Part shown: one piece after another, positions 31,957 through 40,753 of the stretch
Numbering within the stretch: the first letter of the stretch is position 1
Layout: each line of letters starts with the position of its first letter
Source of the DNA: Cytophagales bacterium
GTDB taxonomy: Bacteria; Bacteroidota; Bacteroidia; Cytophagales; Cyclobacteriaceae
Reading direction: 5' to 3'
Assembly: GCA_017303795.1 (NCBI GenBank)
Contig: JAFLBR010000011.1
Coordinates: forward strand, 94,166 to 158,165
DNA length: 64,000 nt
The notes under the pieces: generated by a model
Told to the model about the DNA's origin: nothing
The model's input: only the letters and a program-made list of their open reading frames with translations
The model's database searches: none
Translations under genes and position numbers: made by a program

Positions 31957-32130
31957 ATGAATACAGTATCGATTGATAAGAAGAAATTTGTGGTGATTAG
32001 CCAGAAGGAATATGAATCACTACTGACCAAGGCCGCCCGAAAAGCTCCGTTAGCAAAAAAAATGAGCTTGGCTGCCGGAAAAAAGATGGCTTACAAACTA
32101 ATTGATAAGTGGGCAAAAGAAAGGTTGTAA
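31957..32130 (+). CDS. Antitoxin of TA module 3 (57 aa, absent from ORF track)
   Basis: Translated by hand: MNTVSIDKKKFVVISQKEYESLL...AYKLIDKWAKERL; overlaps toxin GTG start. Confidence 0.7.
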   Translation: MNTVSIDKKKFVVISQKEYESLLTKAARKAPLAKKMSLAAGKKMAYKLIDKWAKERL

Positions 32131-32405
32131 TTCTTGAGCCTGCTGTACAAGAGGTCGGTAGAATTGCGTTCTTCATTGAGTCAGAGGGAATGCCAGTAAC
32201 AGCCAAAAGATTTGTTGATCATGCTTTCGCTTTTTTCAAAGCTTTGGCAAGTGAAAAGTTTGTTCACAGACCTTGTTCGTATGAGCCTTGGCTGGTTTTG
32301 AATTACAGATGTGCCACTTTTAAGAAAAAGTATACGGTGGCATATTTGAATAATTCAGATGAAATAGTGATTTGTGACTTCCTTTCGCAAAAGTTAATCA
32401 AGTAA
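32109..32405 (+). CDS. RelE/ParE-like toxin (TA module 3)
   Basis: KVVILEPA...IAFFIESEG...YRCATFKKKYTVAY...IVICDF; size and overlap typical of RelE/ParE. Confidence 0.7.
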   Translation: MGKRKVVILEPAVQEVGRIAFFIESEGMPVTAKRFVDHAFAFFKALASEKFVHRPCSYEPWLVLNYRCATFKKKYTVAYLNNSDEIVICDFLSQKLIK

Positions 32406-32414
32406 ATAAATGTC

Positions 32415-33296
32415 ATGAGACTATTCAGTCTGATTCTCTTTTGCGTTTTTTATCAAAACCTACCAGCTCAAAACATCCCGGTCTTTCAGGTATTATTTGC
32501 CGAGAAAGCATCCTTAAGCAACGGCACACCCTTAAAGAGTTTAGACAAACTTCTGGACGAAACAATTCATGTAGCGGATAGCGGTTATCTGGTATTGATT
32601 CATGAGATGGGAATTCCGGTTGAGTTTAGTGGAGATACAACTATTATACTAAATGAGATTCACTCTATCCTAAAGCCCAAACCAAAGGAAATGGGAAGTT
32701 CTTACCAAAGATCGGTCGGAGCTGATTACTTATTTATTTCACAAGAAGTACAGGCTAAGAAATATCGTCTAAGTAGAACAGGAGCAGTTCACGATGATAG
32801 ATTAGTTCACTCAATATACCCTCCACTAATCAATAGCAGGATTTACTTTGATGACGATGTTAAGATTGTTTGGCAACCAAATTTTCCGGGAATCCAGATA
32901 GAGGTTAAGCTAAGAAATTTATTTGATGAGGAATTGGCTTCTTATAAAGTTGACGATACAGTTGTTCTAATTTCTAAAGAGGATTTAATTTCCGAAGGAA
33001 AAAACTGTTGTATTTTAAGCTTCGCTCGATTCGATGATAAGAAACAAAATCGAAGACGTACAAATTATGAATATTCATTTCTTGTTACTAATTTTTACAC
33101 AGGCAAAATCAATTTTCCCTATTCAGCAAAAATTAAAACTCCTGCGGCTGCGCTGATGGCTGGGTATTTCTATGAGTTGGCAAGTTGGGGTGTTTCGAAA
33201 GAAGCTCAAGCGCATTACGAATTAGCCACTCAACTCTCCGATAAACAATTCTATAAAGAAATGTTGAGTAACTACCTGAAAAGATCGGGGCAATAA
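32415..33296 (+). CDS. Exported hypothetical protein (beta-rich N-terminus, C-terminal TPR-like helices)
   Basis: Signal peptide; GYLVLIH..G; C-terminal AALMAGYFYE...AHYELA; AT-rich DNA. Confidence 0.65.
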   Translation: MRLFSLILFCVFYQNLPAQNIPVFQVLFAEKASLSNGTPLKSLDKLLDETIHVADSGYLVLIHEMGIPVEFSGDTTIILNEIHSILKPKPKEMGSSYQRSVGADYLFISQEVQAKKYRLSRTGAVHDDRLVHSIYPPLINSRIYFDDDVKIVWQPNFPGIQIEVKLRNLFDEELASYKVDDTVVLISKEDLISEGKNCCILSFARFDDKKQNRRRTNYEYSFLVTNFYTGKINFPYSAKIKTPAAALMAGYFYELASWGVSKEAQAHYELATQLSDKQFYKEMLSNYLKRSGQ

Positions 33297-33336
33297 TCTA
33301 CTGTATCATCTTCGGAATCAAAATCCGAGTTTTTGC

Positions 33337-33408
33337 TTAACTACATAGGCACACAGCACACATAAATTGAATTGCATACTAAAGTGTCGTATGTTTCTAT
33401 GTTGTTAA
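33337..33408. repeat. REP-like inverted repeat (same family as 12130-12219)
   Basis: TTAACTACATAG vs CTATGTTGTTAA (one mismatch) between convergent genes. Confidence 0.55.
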
Positions 33409-33419
33409 ACGGCATTAAC

Positions 33420-33845
33420 CTACCGCATCTTCTTCGGAATTAAATCCGAGTCGGAAGGAAAAAGACCAAACATAGCTTGGTTGTTTCCTGCGGGTAAAAA
33501 ATAGATTTTGTTTTTCTTTCCCTTCAGCTTAAGGCAATACATGTTCAGAAAGGGAATGAGTTTTACGCTCTTCACATCATCCCAATCGTAACTCTTTTCT
33601 TTGCCGGGTTTAATCAATTCAATTTTCTTTTTGCTGATAGCTACACGCCTGATGCGGTTGGACAGCAACAGGTGCATCGAAAAAAGAATTAACGCAAGTG
33701 TAAAAAGCGCAAAGGCAACAAATCTGGCTTTAGGTGATTCTCCAAATTGAAGGAGCATAAGTGCTGAGGCCAGTCCTTGTAGCGCGCTAAGCGCCAGAAA
33801 AAAATACCTGGCAAGATAAAATTTAACCGGATTTACTTCTCCCAT
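33420..33845 (-). CDS. Hypothetical membrane protein (2 TM + PH-like domain)
   Basis: Two hydrophobic helices then YDWDDVKSVK basic beta domain. Confidence 0.65.
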   Translation of the reverse strand: MGEVNPVKFYLARYFFLALSALQGLASALMLLQFGESPKARFVAFALFTLALILFSMHLLLSNRIRRVAISKKKIELIKPGKEKSYDWDDVKSVKLIPFLNMYCLKLKGKKNKIYFLPAGNNQAMFGLFPSDSDLIPKKMR

Positions 33846-33906
33846 TCAACATACGTGTTGGTTTACGAAGTACGAAGGTAGGAAAAATTCAGAGCATAAT
33901 TACTAA

Positions 33907-33969
33907 GAGTCAGTTATCGGTGATCAGTAATCAGTGACTATGGACTAACGACTACTAACTATTTACTAA
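33907..33969. repeat. Nine-unit heptamer-periodic array
   Basis: GAGTCAG TTATCGG TGATCAG TAATCAG TGACTAT GGACTAA CGACTAC TAACTAT TTACTAA in exact 7-nt register. Confidence 0.75.
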
Positions 33970-36900
33970 TTCTCAATCACCACCGGAAAATCCTGACCGC
34001 GCGAGAACGTGTAGGGATATTGTGGTTTGCCTTTTAACTTCTGTGTCATTTCCGGAACCTGATCATCGAGGTACGATTTCAACTCGTAGATTGTAACCTT
34101 ACCGTCTTTGGGCGCACCATCGGCATCACCTTGCAAAGCTTTTATTAATAAGTAAGTAAACAACCCATGCCCCAACTCGGCAAACTCGGTTGCAAACTGC
34201 TCGCTGCCAGCCGAAGCCATTACATGAATGCCCGCACTTCGCGAAAGCTGTGCAATGGCTTTTTCTTCGGCAGCACCACGCGTGGCAAGCAACTCAACCG
34301 ATGCACCCGATTGACAGGCATCCATCACAATCAGTTGCTTCAATGCTTTTATGTTTTTCAGTTTGTCTTGCAGCACACTCGCTTCAATCGCTTCTTTTTG
34401 CAGCGCACTTAAATCATACAAGCGACTGCTTTCTGTGGGAATAAAAAAGAATTGGTTGTCAACCATACTACCGTGACCAGCATAATAAAAAATGAAAACA
34501 TCTTCCTGATGGATTTTACCCGCGAGCTCATCCAGCTTTTTTAGAATATTAACCCGCGAGGCATCTTCATCATATAAGTTATGAAGTTCAATGCCTTTGA
34601 ATAAACTTCCTTTTTCATCTAGCACTTTTCCAAACGATTCGGCATCGGGCTTCGCGTAGTTCAACATCATCTTTGGATTTTTGTATTGATTAATGCCGAC
34701 CGATAAAATATAACACACACTGCTTTTGCCACCATGATCGGCCACAATCTCTACCGACTGCGGATCGGATTCAATTTTTTCTTTATTGATGGCGGAGGCA
34801 GAAATGGTGTTAGTGCCATTAACCAGTGTTAGTGCGTGGCGATAAGTTGTACTTTCTCCATTACGCAATGGAAGCGCAAGGTTTGACTTTTCGATGGGAA
34901 CACTTTTGCCATTGTGAAAAAGTTTGAGGGCTTCAATATTGCTGCCGGTGTTGGTAATTCGTACAAGCACTTCTGTCTTTGTAGCATCATCGCCCGGAAG
35001 GGTTGCAATTTTTACACCGGGTGGCGGTGCACTGTTTAGTTTACCTTGAATGCCTTTCAGATTATCGTTACCGCGACTTTGAAAAATTTTAGGTAACAAA
35101 TCGGGGCGATAGAATTCATGAAAGAATTGATCTACTCCGTAAGTTTTTAACCCATCAACAAAATGGATGTATTGGCGTGCGCCTTCGGTTCCATTAAAAT
35201 ATCCTTCCGGATTTTTAACCATCCATTCCTTTTCGCCAAAGTGTATGTGTTCGAAAAATTCTTTACCCGAAGTTAAATCCCAAAATTTTGTTACACCATC
35301 CAGACTGTGGCTGATCAGCATTTTTTCATCGGGTGTTAATATGAGCGATGTTATTTCTGCTAAGTGACCTTCGTAATTTTTTAAAACCTTTCCGGTGTTC
35401 ACGTCCCAAAAACGAATTACCCGATCTGCACCCGCGCTATAAATTCCGGTTTCTGCGTTGTTAAAAAGTGCCACATGCACCGCGCCAGTGTGTGTGGTAA
35501 ATTTCTTTTCAGCTAAACCGGTAGCAATATTCCAAAGCCTGATGGTGCCATCCCAACTGGCTGAGAGCAATTGTTTGCCATCTTTGGATTGCGTAAGCGA
35601 AACCACTGCATCGGTATGGCCTTCAAACGTGCGTACAATTTTCTTTGAATCAATTTCGCGCATCTGAAGTTTGTCAGTGTTATCGCCCAGCGTGGCTGTA
35701 AACACATACAAATCGTTTTTGCTGAATAACGAAACATAAGCTGAACCTTCTTCCGACTCGATGTAGTGCAAGCGTTTACCGGTTTTGGCATCGTGAATTT
35801 TTACGGTGCCATCCCAACTGCTGCTTATGATTTGGGTTTCATCGCTGTTGAAATGAACATCGAATACCGGTTGGTTGTACGACTTAATCGTAAAAACCGT
35901 ATCGCCTTTTTCTGCATTCCATAAGATGAGTGCACCATCGCCACCACCGGTTAATAGTTTTTTTCCATCGGCAGAATACTGATAACACAATGCTGCTTTT
36001 TCATGGCCGGTAAATTCCATTTTGGTTTTACCGGTGGCGATGTCCCAACTTTTAACCTTGTTACTGAACTTGCCTTTCAACAACGTTTTTCCATCGCGAC
36101 TCAGCAACAAATTATTCTTATACCGAACATACCGCGCGATGTAAGAATCCCAGTATGAATTTGGATCGTATGTCAATCCGCCCTTATCACGTTGATTTAA
36201 AAATCCGGTTAACTCATTTTTCTTTTTTCCGGTTGAGGCATCATAAATCTGTACAATGTTATGATCGCTTGCTATCAGCACTTCCGTTCCTGAATGATTG
36301 AACCGGGCTTGCGTAAGTTCACCTTCCAGTTTGGGATCAATACTAAATAACGAATCGCCTTTGTCGGAATAAAGTGTTACCAGTTTTTCAGTGCTGGTTA
36401 AAATTCTTTTTCCGTTGTCGCTAATATCTACGGAAGTAAGATCATCGATGTGTTGGCTGAACGTAGTGATGGGCTTTGCTTGCGCGAGATCATATTTCAC
36501 AACTTCCTGTCGTGTGGCTTTTATAATAAAACGATTGTCGGGAGTAAAAACATGATCGGCAAAGCAGCCGCCACAAGATGAATATGCACGCGGCTTAATG
36601 GTATGAACTTGTTTCCAGTCTTTTGTAGTGTACACATCCACCGTAGCATCGGTACCAACCGCCAGCCATTGGCCATCGGCACTTAGCGATAAACTTTCAG
36701 CGCCACGATTTCCTTGCGCAACCATCCACGATTTAATTTTCTTACCACTGGGAAACTCCCATACGTGTATCATCTGCCCAAGTGTAACAAAATATCTTCC
36801 TTTCGGATCGAAGGCTACATCATTAATGCGCTCCTGGCCAGAACCATATTTTTTGTTGTACGATTCGGTATCGTCAAGCACAATGGATAGAACTTGCTTG

Positions 36901-37208
36901 CCGGTGTTAACTTCCCAAAGTTTTACGGTGTGATCGTTTCCACCGGTGAGCAGATGTTTTCCATCGCGACTAAAATCCAGACTGATAACCGAAGCCTGAT
37001 GGCCCAAAAAGCTGCGCACTTCGCGGCCCGTGTTTAATTCCCAAAGTTTAGCCGATTTATCGCGACTGGCGGTTGCTACATAATTGCTGTCGGGACTTAT
37101 GGCAACAGCCACCACGGCAAGCTCATGTCCTTTCTGAATAATGGTTTCGATTGACTGGCCAAAGGCAAGTGTTGATGATGCCAGAATAAGTAGAAAGATT
37201 CGGATCAT
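33966..37208 (-). CDS. Exported WD40-repeat protein with C-terminal caspase-family (C14) peptidase domain
   Basis: Signal peptide; many GH...WD repeats; Ig-like linker; catalytic dyad FYYAGHG and MDACQSG; GHGLFTY. Confidence 0.9.
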   Translation of the reverse strand: MIRIFLLILASSTLAFGQSIETIIQKGHELAVVAVAISPDSNYVATASRDKSAKLWELNTGREVRSFLGHQASVISLDFSRDGKHLLTGGNDHTVKLWEVNTGKQVLSIVLDDTESYNKKYGSGQERINDVAFDPKGRYFVTLGQMIHVWEFPSGKKIKSWMVAQGNRGAESLSLSADGQWLAVGTDATVDVYTTKDWKQVHTIKPRAYSSCGGCFADHVFTPDNRFIIKATRQEVVKYDLAQAKPITTFSQHIDDLTSVDISDNGKRILTSTEKLVTLYSDKGDSLFSIDPKLEGELTQARFNHSGTEVLIASDHNIVQIYDASTGKKKNELTGFLNQRDKGGLTYDPNSYWDSYIARYVRYKNNLLLSRDGKTLLKGKFSNKVKSWDIATGKTKMEFTGHEKAALCYQYSADGKKLLTGGGDGALILWNAEKGDTVFTIKSYNQPVFDVHFNSDETQIISSSWDGTVKIHDAKTGKRLHYIESEEGSAYVSLFSKNDLYVFTATLGDNTDKLQMREIDSKKIVRTFEGHTDAVVSLTQSKDGKQLLSASWDGTIRLWNIATGLAEKKFTTHTGAVHVALFNNAETGIYSAGADRVIRFWDVNTGKVLKNYEGHLAEITSLILTPDEKMLISHSLDGVTKFWDLTSGKEFFEHIHFGEKEWMVKNPEGYFNGTEGARQYIHFVDGLKTYGVDQFFHEFYRPDLLPKIFQSRGNDNLKGIQGKLNSAPPPGVKIATLPGDDATKTEVLVRITNTGSNIEALKLFHNGKSVPIEKSNLALPLRNGESTTYRHALTLVNGTNTISASAINKEKIESDPQSVEIVADHGGKSSVCYILSVGINQYKNPKMMLNYAKPDAESFGKVLDEKGSLFKGIELHNLYDEDASRVNILKKLDELAGKIHQEDVFIFYYAGHGSMVDNQFFFIPTESSRLYDLSALQKEAIEASVLQDKLKNIKALKQLIVMDACQSGASVELLATRGAAEEKAIAQLSRSAGIHVMASAGSEQFATEFAELGHGLFTYLLIKALQGDADGAPKDGKVTIYELKSYLDDQVPEMTQKLKGKPQYPYTFSRGQDFPVVIEN

Positions 37209-37245
37209 GGATTTAATTAAATCGATTGTTAAAAAGAAAATGTAA

Positions 37246-37280
37246 TTGACAACTACTGAACTACTGCCAACTGTAAACTA
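37246..37280. repeat. Degenerate heptamer-type array between cdaA and WD40-caspase
   Basis: TTGACAA CTACTGAA CTACTG CCAACTG TAAACTA. Confidence 0.45.
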
Positions 37281-38138
37281 CGGTGTTTTAATTTCCTCAA
37301 CGGATTCAGTTTCTTCCGGCATTTCTTCCCAGGTTTTGGGTTCTTCGTTGTGCAGGTATTCCAGAATGCGTTGCTCCACCTGTTTTAATTTTAAGCTGCG
37401 CAGATATTTACCATTGCGGGCCAGAATTAAACGGCCGGTCTCTTCCGAAATGGCCAGCACCAACGTATCGGTAACTTCGCTCATTCCCATAGCTGAACGA
37501 TGCCGCATGCCAAAGTAAGAAGGCAGGTTGTCATTCTCGCTAACCGGAAGCACACAGCGTGCAGCTTTAATGCGACCTTTATATATAATGATGGCACCAT
37601 CGTGCAACGGGCTTTGTTTATTGAAAATAGAAAGCAAAATTTTCTTATTCACTTTCGCGTCTAGATCATCGCCTGTTTCAGCATAAAACTTTAATTCTAT
37701 ATCGCGCGAAAAAACAATTAGTGCTCCGGTGCGCGTGGCTTTTAATGTTTTTAATGCTTCTATTAATTCATGAATATCAAAATCGTCATGGTGTTCGTTG
37801 CGCCAGTTGGTTATGTTCTTAAAAATATTGTCGCGATTAAGGTCGGTACTGCGGCCAATCAGCAATAAAAATTTTCTGATCTCCGGCTGAAACAAAATAA
37901 TCATGGCCAAAACGCCCACCCCCATAAACTGACCGAGTATGGTTGTGAGTAATTCCATTTGAGCGGCACGAACAATTAAATAGATGAGGTACAATGAAAG
38001 AATGCCCAGAAAGATTTTTACAGCAATACTTCCGCGTATAAGTTTATAAATCTGATAAAGCAGAATGGCAACCAGGCTGATGTCCACCAGATCAACCCAC
38101 GTAACTTCCAGAAACCCTATTTTAAAAGCGAAGATCAT
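37278..38138 (-). CDS. cdaA: Diadenylate cyclase CdaA (DisA_N domain, 3 TM)
   Basis: ATG 38138; ILFQPEIRKFL, SPLHDGA, GMRHRSA, ISEETG. Confidence 0.92.
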   Translation of the reverse strand: MIFAFKIGFLEVTWVDLVDISLVAILLYQIYKLIRGSIAVKIFLGILSLYLIYLIVRAAQMELLTTILGQFMGVGVLAMIILFQPEIRKFLLLIGRSTDLNRDNIFKNITNWRNEHHDDFDIHELIEALKTLKATRTGALIVFSRDIELKFYAETGDDLDAKVNKKILLSIFNKQSPLHDGAIIIYKGRIKAARCVLPVSENDNLPSYFGMRHRSAMGMSEVTDTLVLAISEETGRLILARNGKYLRSLKLKQVEQRILEYLHNEEPKTWEEMPEETESVEEIKTP

Positions 38139-38144
38139 GCAGAA

Positions 38145-38152
38145 CAAAGGTA
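38145..38152 (-). promoter_or_regulatory. -7 promoter element (TACCTTTG) for cdaA
   Basis: Exact TAnnTTTG ending 6 nt before ATG. Confidence 0.55.
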
Positions 38153-38171
38153 ATAAAACGGCCTTGGTATT

Positions 38172-39020
38172 TTAGGTTAATTGCGAAGTGAGTGCAATTG
38201 CCTCGCGTGCTGCTTTTACATCGTGTACGCGAAGAATGGAAGCGCCTTTTAGTAAGGCGATGGTATTTAGTACAGATGTTCCGTTCAGGGCGTGTTCAGC
38301 GGTTGTCTGCAACGTGCGCCAGATCATCGACTTGCGCGATAGCCCAACCAACAGTGGTTTTTCAAGAATGCGAAACGAATCGAGGTTGCTCAACAGTTCA
38401 AAATTCTGAGCCGTAGTTTTTGCAAATCCAAAACCCGGATCAATGAGTACATCTTTTACTCCGGCCTGTTTCAGTTTTTCTAATCGTACATGAAAGTAAT
38501 CTATCATTTCGCGCACCAAATCATCGTACTGCGTTAATTGATTCATAGTTTGAGGAGTGCCTCGCATGTGCATCATCACATACGGAGCTTTGGTATGTGC
38601 TGCAACTGCGTACATCTTGGTATCGCCTCCGGTAATATCGTTAATCAGATCCGCGCCAGCGTACAGTGCTGACTGGGCCACCTCGCTGCGAAATGTATCA
38701 ATGGAAAGAATTGGTTCCGGAAATTCTTTTCGAAGTGCTTCAATAACCGGCACCACGCGCTTTAGTTCTTCAGATTCTGAAATGTCGGTTGCTCCAGGCC
38801 GCGAAGAGTAACCACCGACATCCAGCAGCTCAGCACCTTCGTGCAGCATGGCTTCGGCTTTCTTAATAACAGCAGCAACTTCACTTACCCGGCTGCCTGC
38901 ATAAAAACTGTCGGGCGTAATATTAAGTATGCCCATTACCTTGGGTGTGGAAAGATCTACCAGCCTGCCATTGAGATGCAGTGTTTTGTTGACTGAAAAT
39001 ATTTTATTTTGCACCACCAT
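38172..39020 (-). CDS. folP: Dihydropteroate synthase
   Basis: Likely start MVVQNKIFS (39020); MGILNITPDSFY, DVGGYSSRPGA, SIDTF, DPGFGFAK, GLSRKS, LRVHDV. Confidence 0.96.
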   Translation of the reverse strand: MVVQNKIFSVNKTLHLNGRLVDLSTPKVMGILNITPDSFYAGSRVSEVAAVIKKAEAMLHEGAELLDVGGYSSRPGATDISESEELKRVVPVIEALRKEFPEPILSIDTFRSEVAQSALYAGADLINDITGGDTKMYAVAAHTKAPYVMMHMRGTPQTMNQLTQYDDLVREMIDYFHVRLEKLKQAGVKDVLIDPGFGFAKTTAQNFELLSNLDSFRILEKPLLVGLSRKSMIWRTLQTTAEHALNGTSVLNTIALLKGASILRVHDVKAAREAIALTSQLT

Positions 39021-39561
39021 GAATGATAAAACCGCCCACGAATATAAAGAGGTGATTGCCACGTGCAAAGAACTATTCGCCCGCAAAACACACGATTATG
39101 GCACCGCCTGGCGGGTGTTGCGGTTGCCTTCCATTACCGATCAGATTTTTATCAAAGCGCAACGCATTCGCAGTATTCAGGAAAAAGGCACCCAAAAAGT
39201 GGACGACCCGATAAAAGATGAATTTATCGGCATTATTAATTATTGTCTTATTGCTATGATTCAGTTGCGGTTGGAAGCATCAGACAAGCTCGAGATGAAC
39301 TTCAAAGAACTGGAACCGCTTTACGATCAGGCTGTAACCGAAACATTCGAGTTGCTTCAAAACAAAAATCACGACTACGATGAAGCCTGGCGCGAGATGC
39401 GTGTAAGCTCCATGACAGACATAATTCTTATGAAATTGTTAAGAGTGAAACAAATTGAAGACAATCAGGGTAAAACGTTAGCAAGTGAAGGTGTGAAAGC
39501 CAACTATCAGGATATGATTAATTATGCGGTGTTTTGTATGATTAAGTTATCAGCAGTTTAA
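39019..39561 (+). CDS. DUF1599 domain protein (nucleotide-modification-associated domain 1, tandem)
   Basis: Likely start MNDKTAHEY (39019); KTHDYGTAWRVLR, KNHDYDEAWREMR, YQDMINYA. Confidence 0.85.
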   Translation: MNDKTAHEYKEVIATCKELFARKTHDYGTAWRVLRLPSITDQIFIKAQRIRSIQEKGTQKVDDPIKDEFIGIINYCLIAMIQLRLEASDKLEMNFKELEPLYDQAVTETFELLQNKNHDYDEAWREMRVSSMTDIILMKLLRVKQIEDNQGKTLASEGVKANYQDMINYAVFCMIKLSAV

Positions 39562-39613
39562 CCTCAATAGCCATAACCGATATTGTAAACTATTATTTCA
39601 AGTCAATCTAATC

Positions 39614-39641
39614 TAACTATGGACTATCGACCATAGACTAA
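39614..39641. repeat. Four-unit heptamer array
   Basis: TAACTAT GGACTAT CGACCAT AGACTAA. Confidence 0.6.
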
Positions 39642-39646
39642 AAAAT

Positions 39647-40753
39647 ATGTTCAAAAAAATCATCGATCAATTTTCGCGGTTCTTTGTGGGCGGCCTGTTG
39701 ATATTCTCAGGGCTTATCAAACTCAACGACCCCATTGGCACACAAATTAAAATGGAAGAATACTTCGAAGTGTTTGCTGAAGACTTCGGATCGTTTTTTC
39801 ATCATTTCATTCCGTGGGCATTGGAGATTGGCATGTTGATGATTGTGCTCGAATTGATGTTGGGTATTGCCATCCTGATTTTCTGGCGCATGAATCTCAC
39901 CGCATGGTTGTTATTGCTCATGATGACCTTCTTTACATTCCTCACGTTCTACTCAGCTTATTTTAATAAAGTAACAGATTGTGGTTGCTTTGGCGATGCG
40001 ATTAAGCTCACTCCGTGGGAATCATTCACCAAAGATGTTATTCTGATGGTATTCGTGCTGCACCTGTTTTGGTATAGAAAAAGTTACAAGCCTGCCTTGC
40101 GCACCCGAACAGGAAATGCTTTGGTGATTGGCACGGTTGTAATCAGTTTTGTATTGGGCATCTATGCAATCAGGCATTTGCCATTCATTGATTTCCGCGC
40201 ATATAAAATCGGAAATAGCATTCCGCAGCAGATGATACCGCCCGAACAGCCCATAATTGAATATGTATTTGAGAAGGATGGCAAAGAAGTGCGCGACACA
40301 AAATTTCTGTCGGATGCCGATGGGTACAAATATGTTTCTTCGCATGTAGTAAATGCAGATAAAATCAAACCTAAAATAACAGATTACTCTATCAGTAGTC
40401 CCGAAGGCGATGACAAGACTCAATACACCTTTGAGGGCAACCGATTGTTGATTGTGATGTTTGATGTAAAAAAAGCTTCAACAAAAAACATTGCCCAAGT
40501 GCGCGAGTTAACCCGCCAACTGGAAGGCAAAGTAGATTGTTTTATTCTTACCTCTTCCAGTGCAGAAGCAATTGAAGCGTTTCGACACGAACATCAATTG
40601 GCAGTGCCTTATTATTATGCCGATGCTACCGTGTTGAAAACCATTATTCGATCTAACCCTGGTATTGCGTTGTGGAAAAATGGTACGGTACTGGGTAACT
40701 GGCATCATAACGATACCCCTGCGGCCAGCACCGTGGTGGAATTACTACAATGA
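39647..40753 (+). CDS. DoxX/MauE family membrane protein with thioredoxin-like C-terminal domain (BT_3928-like)
   Basis: FSGLIKLNDP.G, VTDCGCFGDAIKLTPW, DATVLKTIIRSNPG. Confidence 0.82.
   Translation: MFKKIIDQFSRFFVGGLLIFSGLIKLNDPIGTQIKMEEYFEVFAEDFGSFFHHFIPWALEIGMLMIVLELMLGIAILIFWRMNLTAWLLLLMMTFFTFLTFYSAYFNKVTDCGCFGDAIKLTPWESFTKDVILMVFVLHLFWYRKSYKPALRTRTGNALVIGTVVISFVLGIYAIRHLPFIDFRAYKIGNSIPQQMIPPEQPIIEYVFEKDGKEVRDTKFLSDADGYKYVSSHVVNADKIKPKITDYSISSPEGDDKTQYTFEGNRLLIVMFDVKKASTKNIAQVRELTRQLEGKVDCFILTSSSAEAIEAFRHEHQLAVPYYYADATVLKTIIRSNPGIALWKNGTVLGNWHHNDTPAASTVVELLQ

Noticed and set aside
32415-37208. Gasdermin-caspase or Craspase-type defence system
   Set aside because: No gasdermin-like or Cas7-11 gene recognised; both the protease and the 293-aa neighbour carry signal peptides, unlike cytoplasmic defence components.
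38929-39086. Long N-terminal extensions of folP and DUF1599 given by the ORF track
   Set aside because: Each extension is just the antisense of the other gene's conserved start; recognisable family sequence begins at 39020 and 39019.
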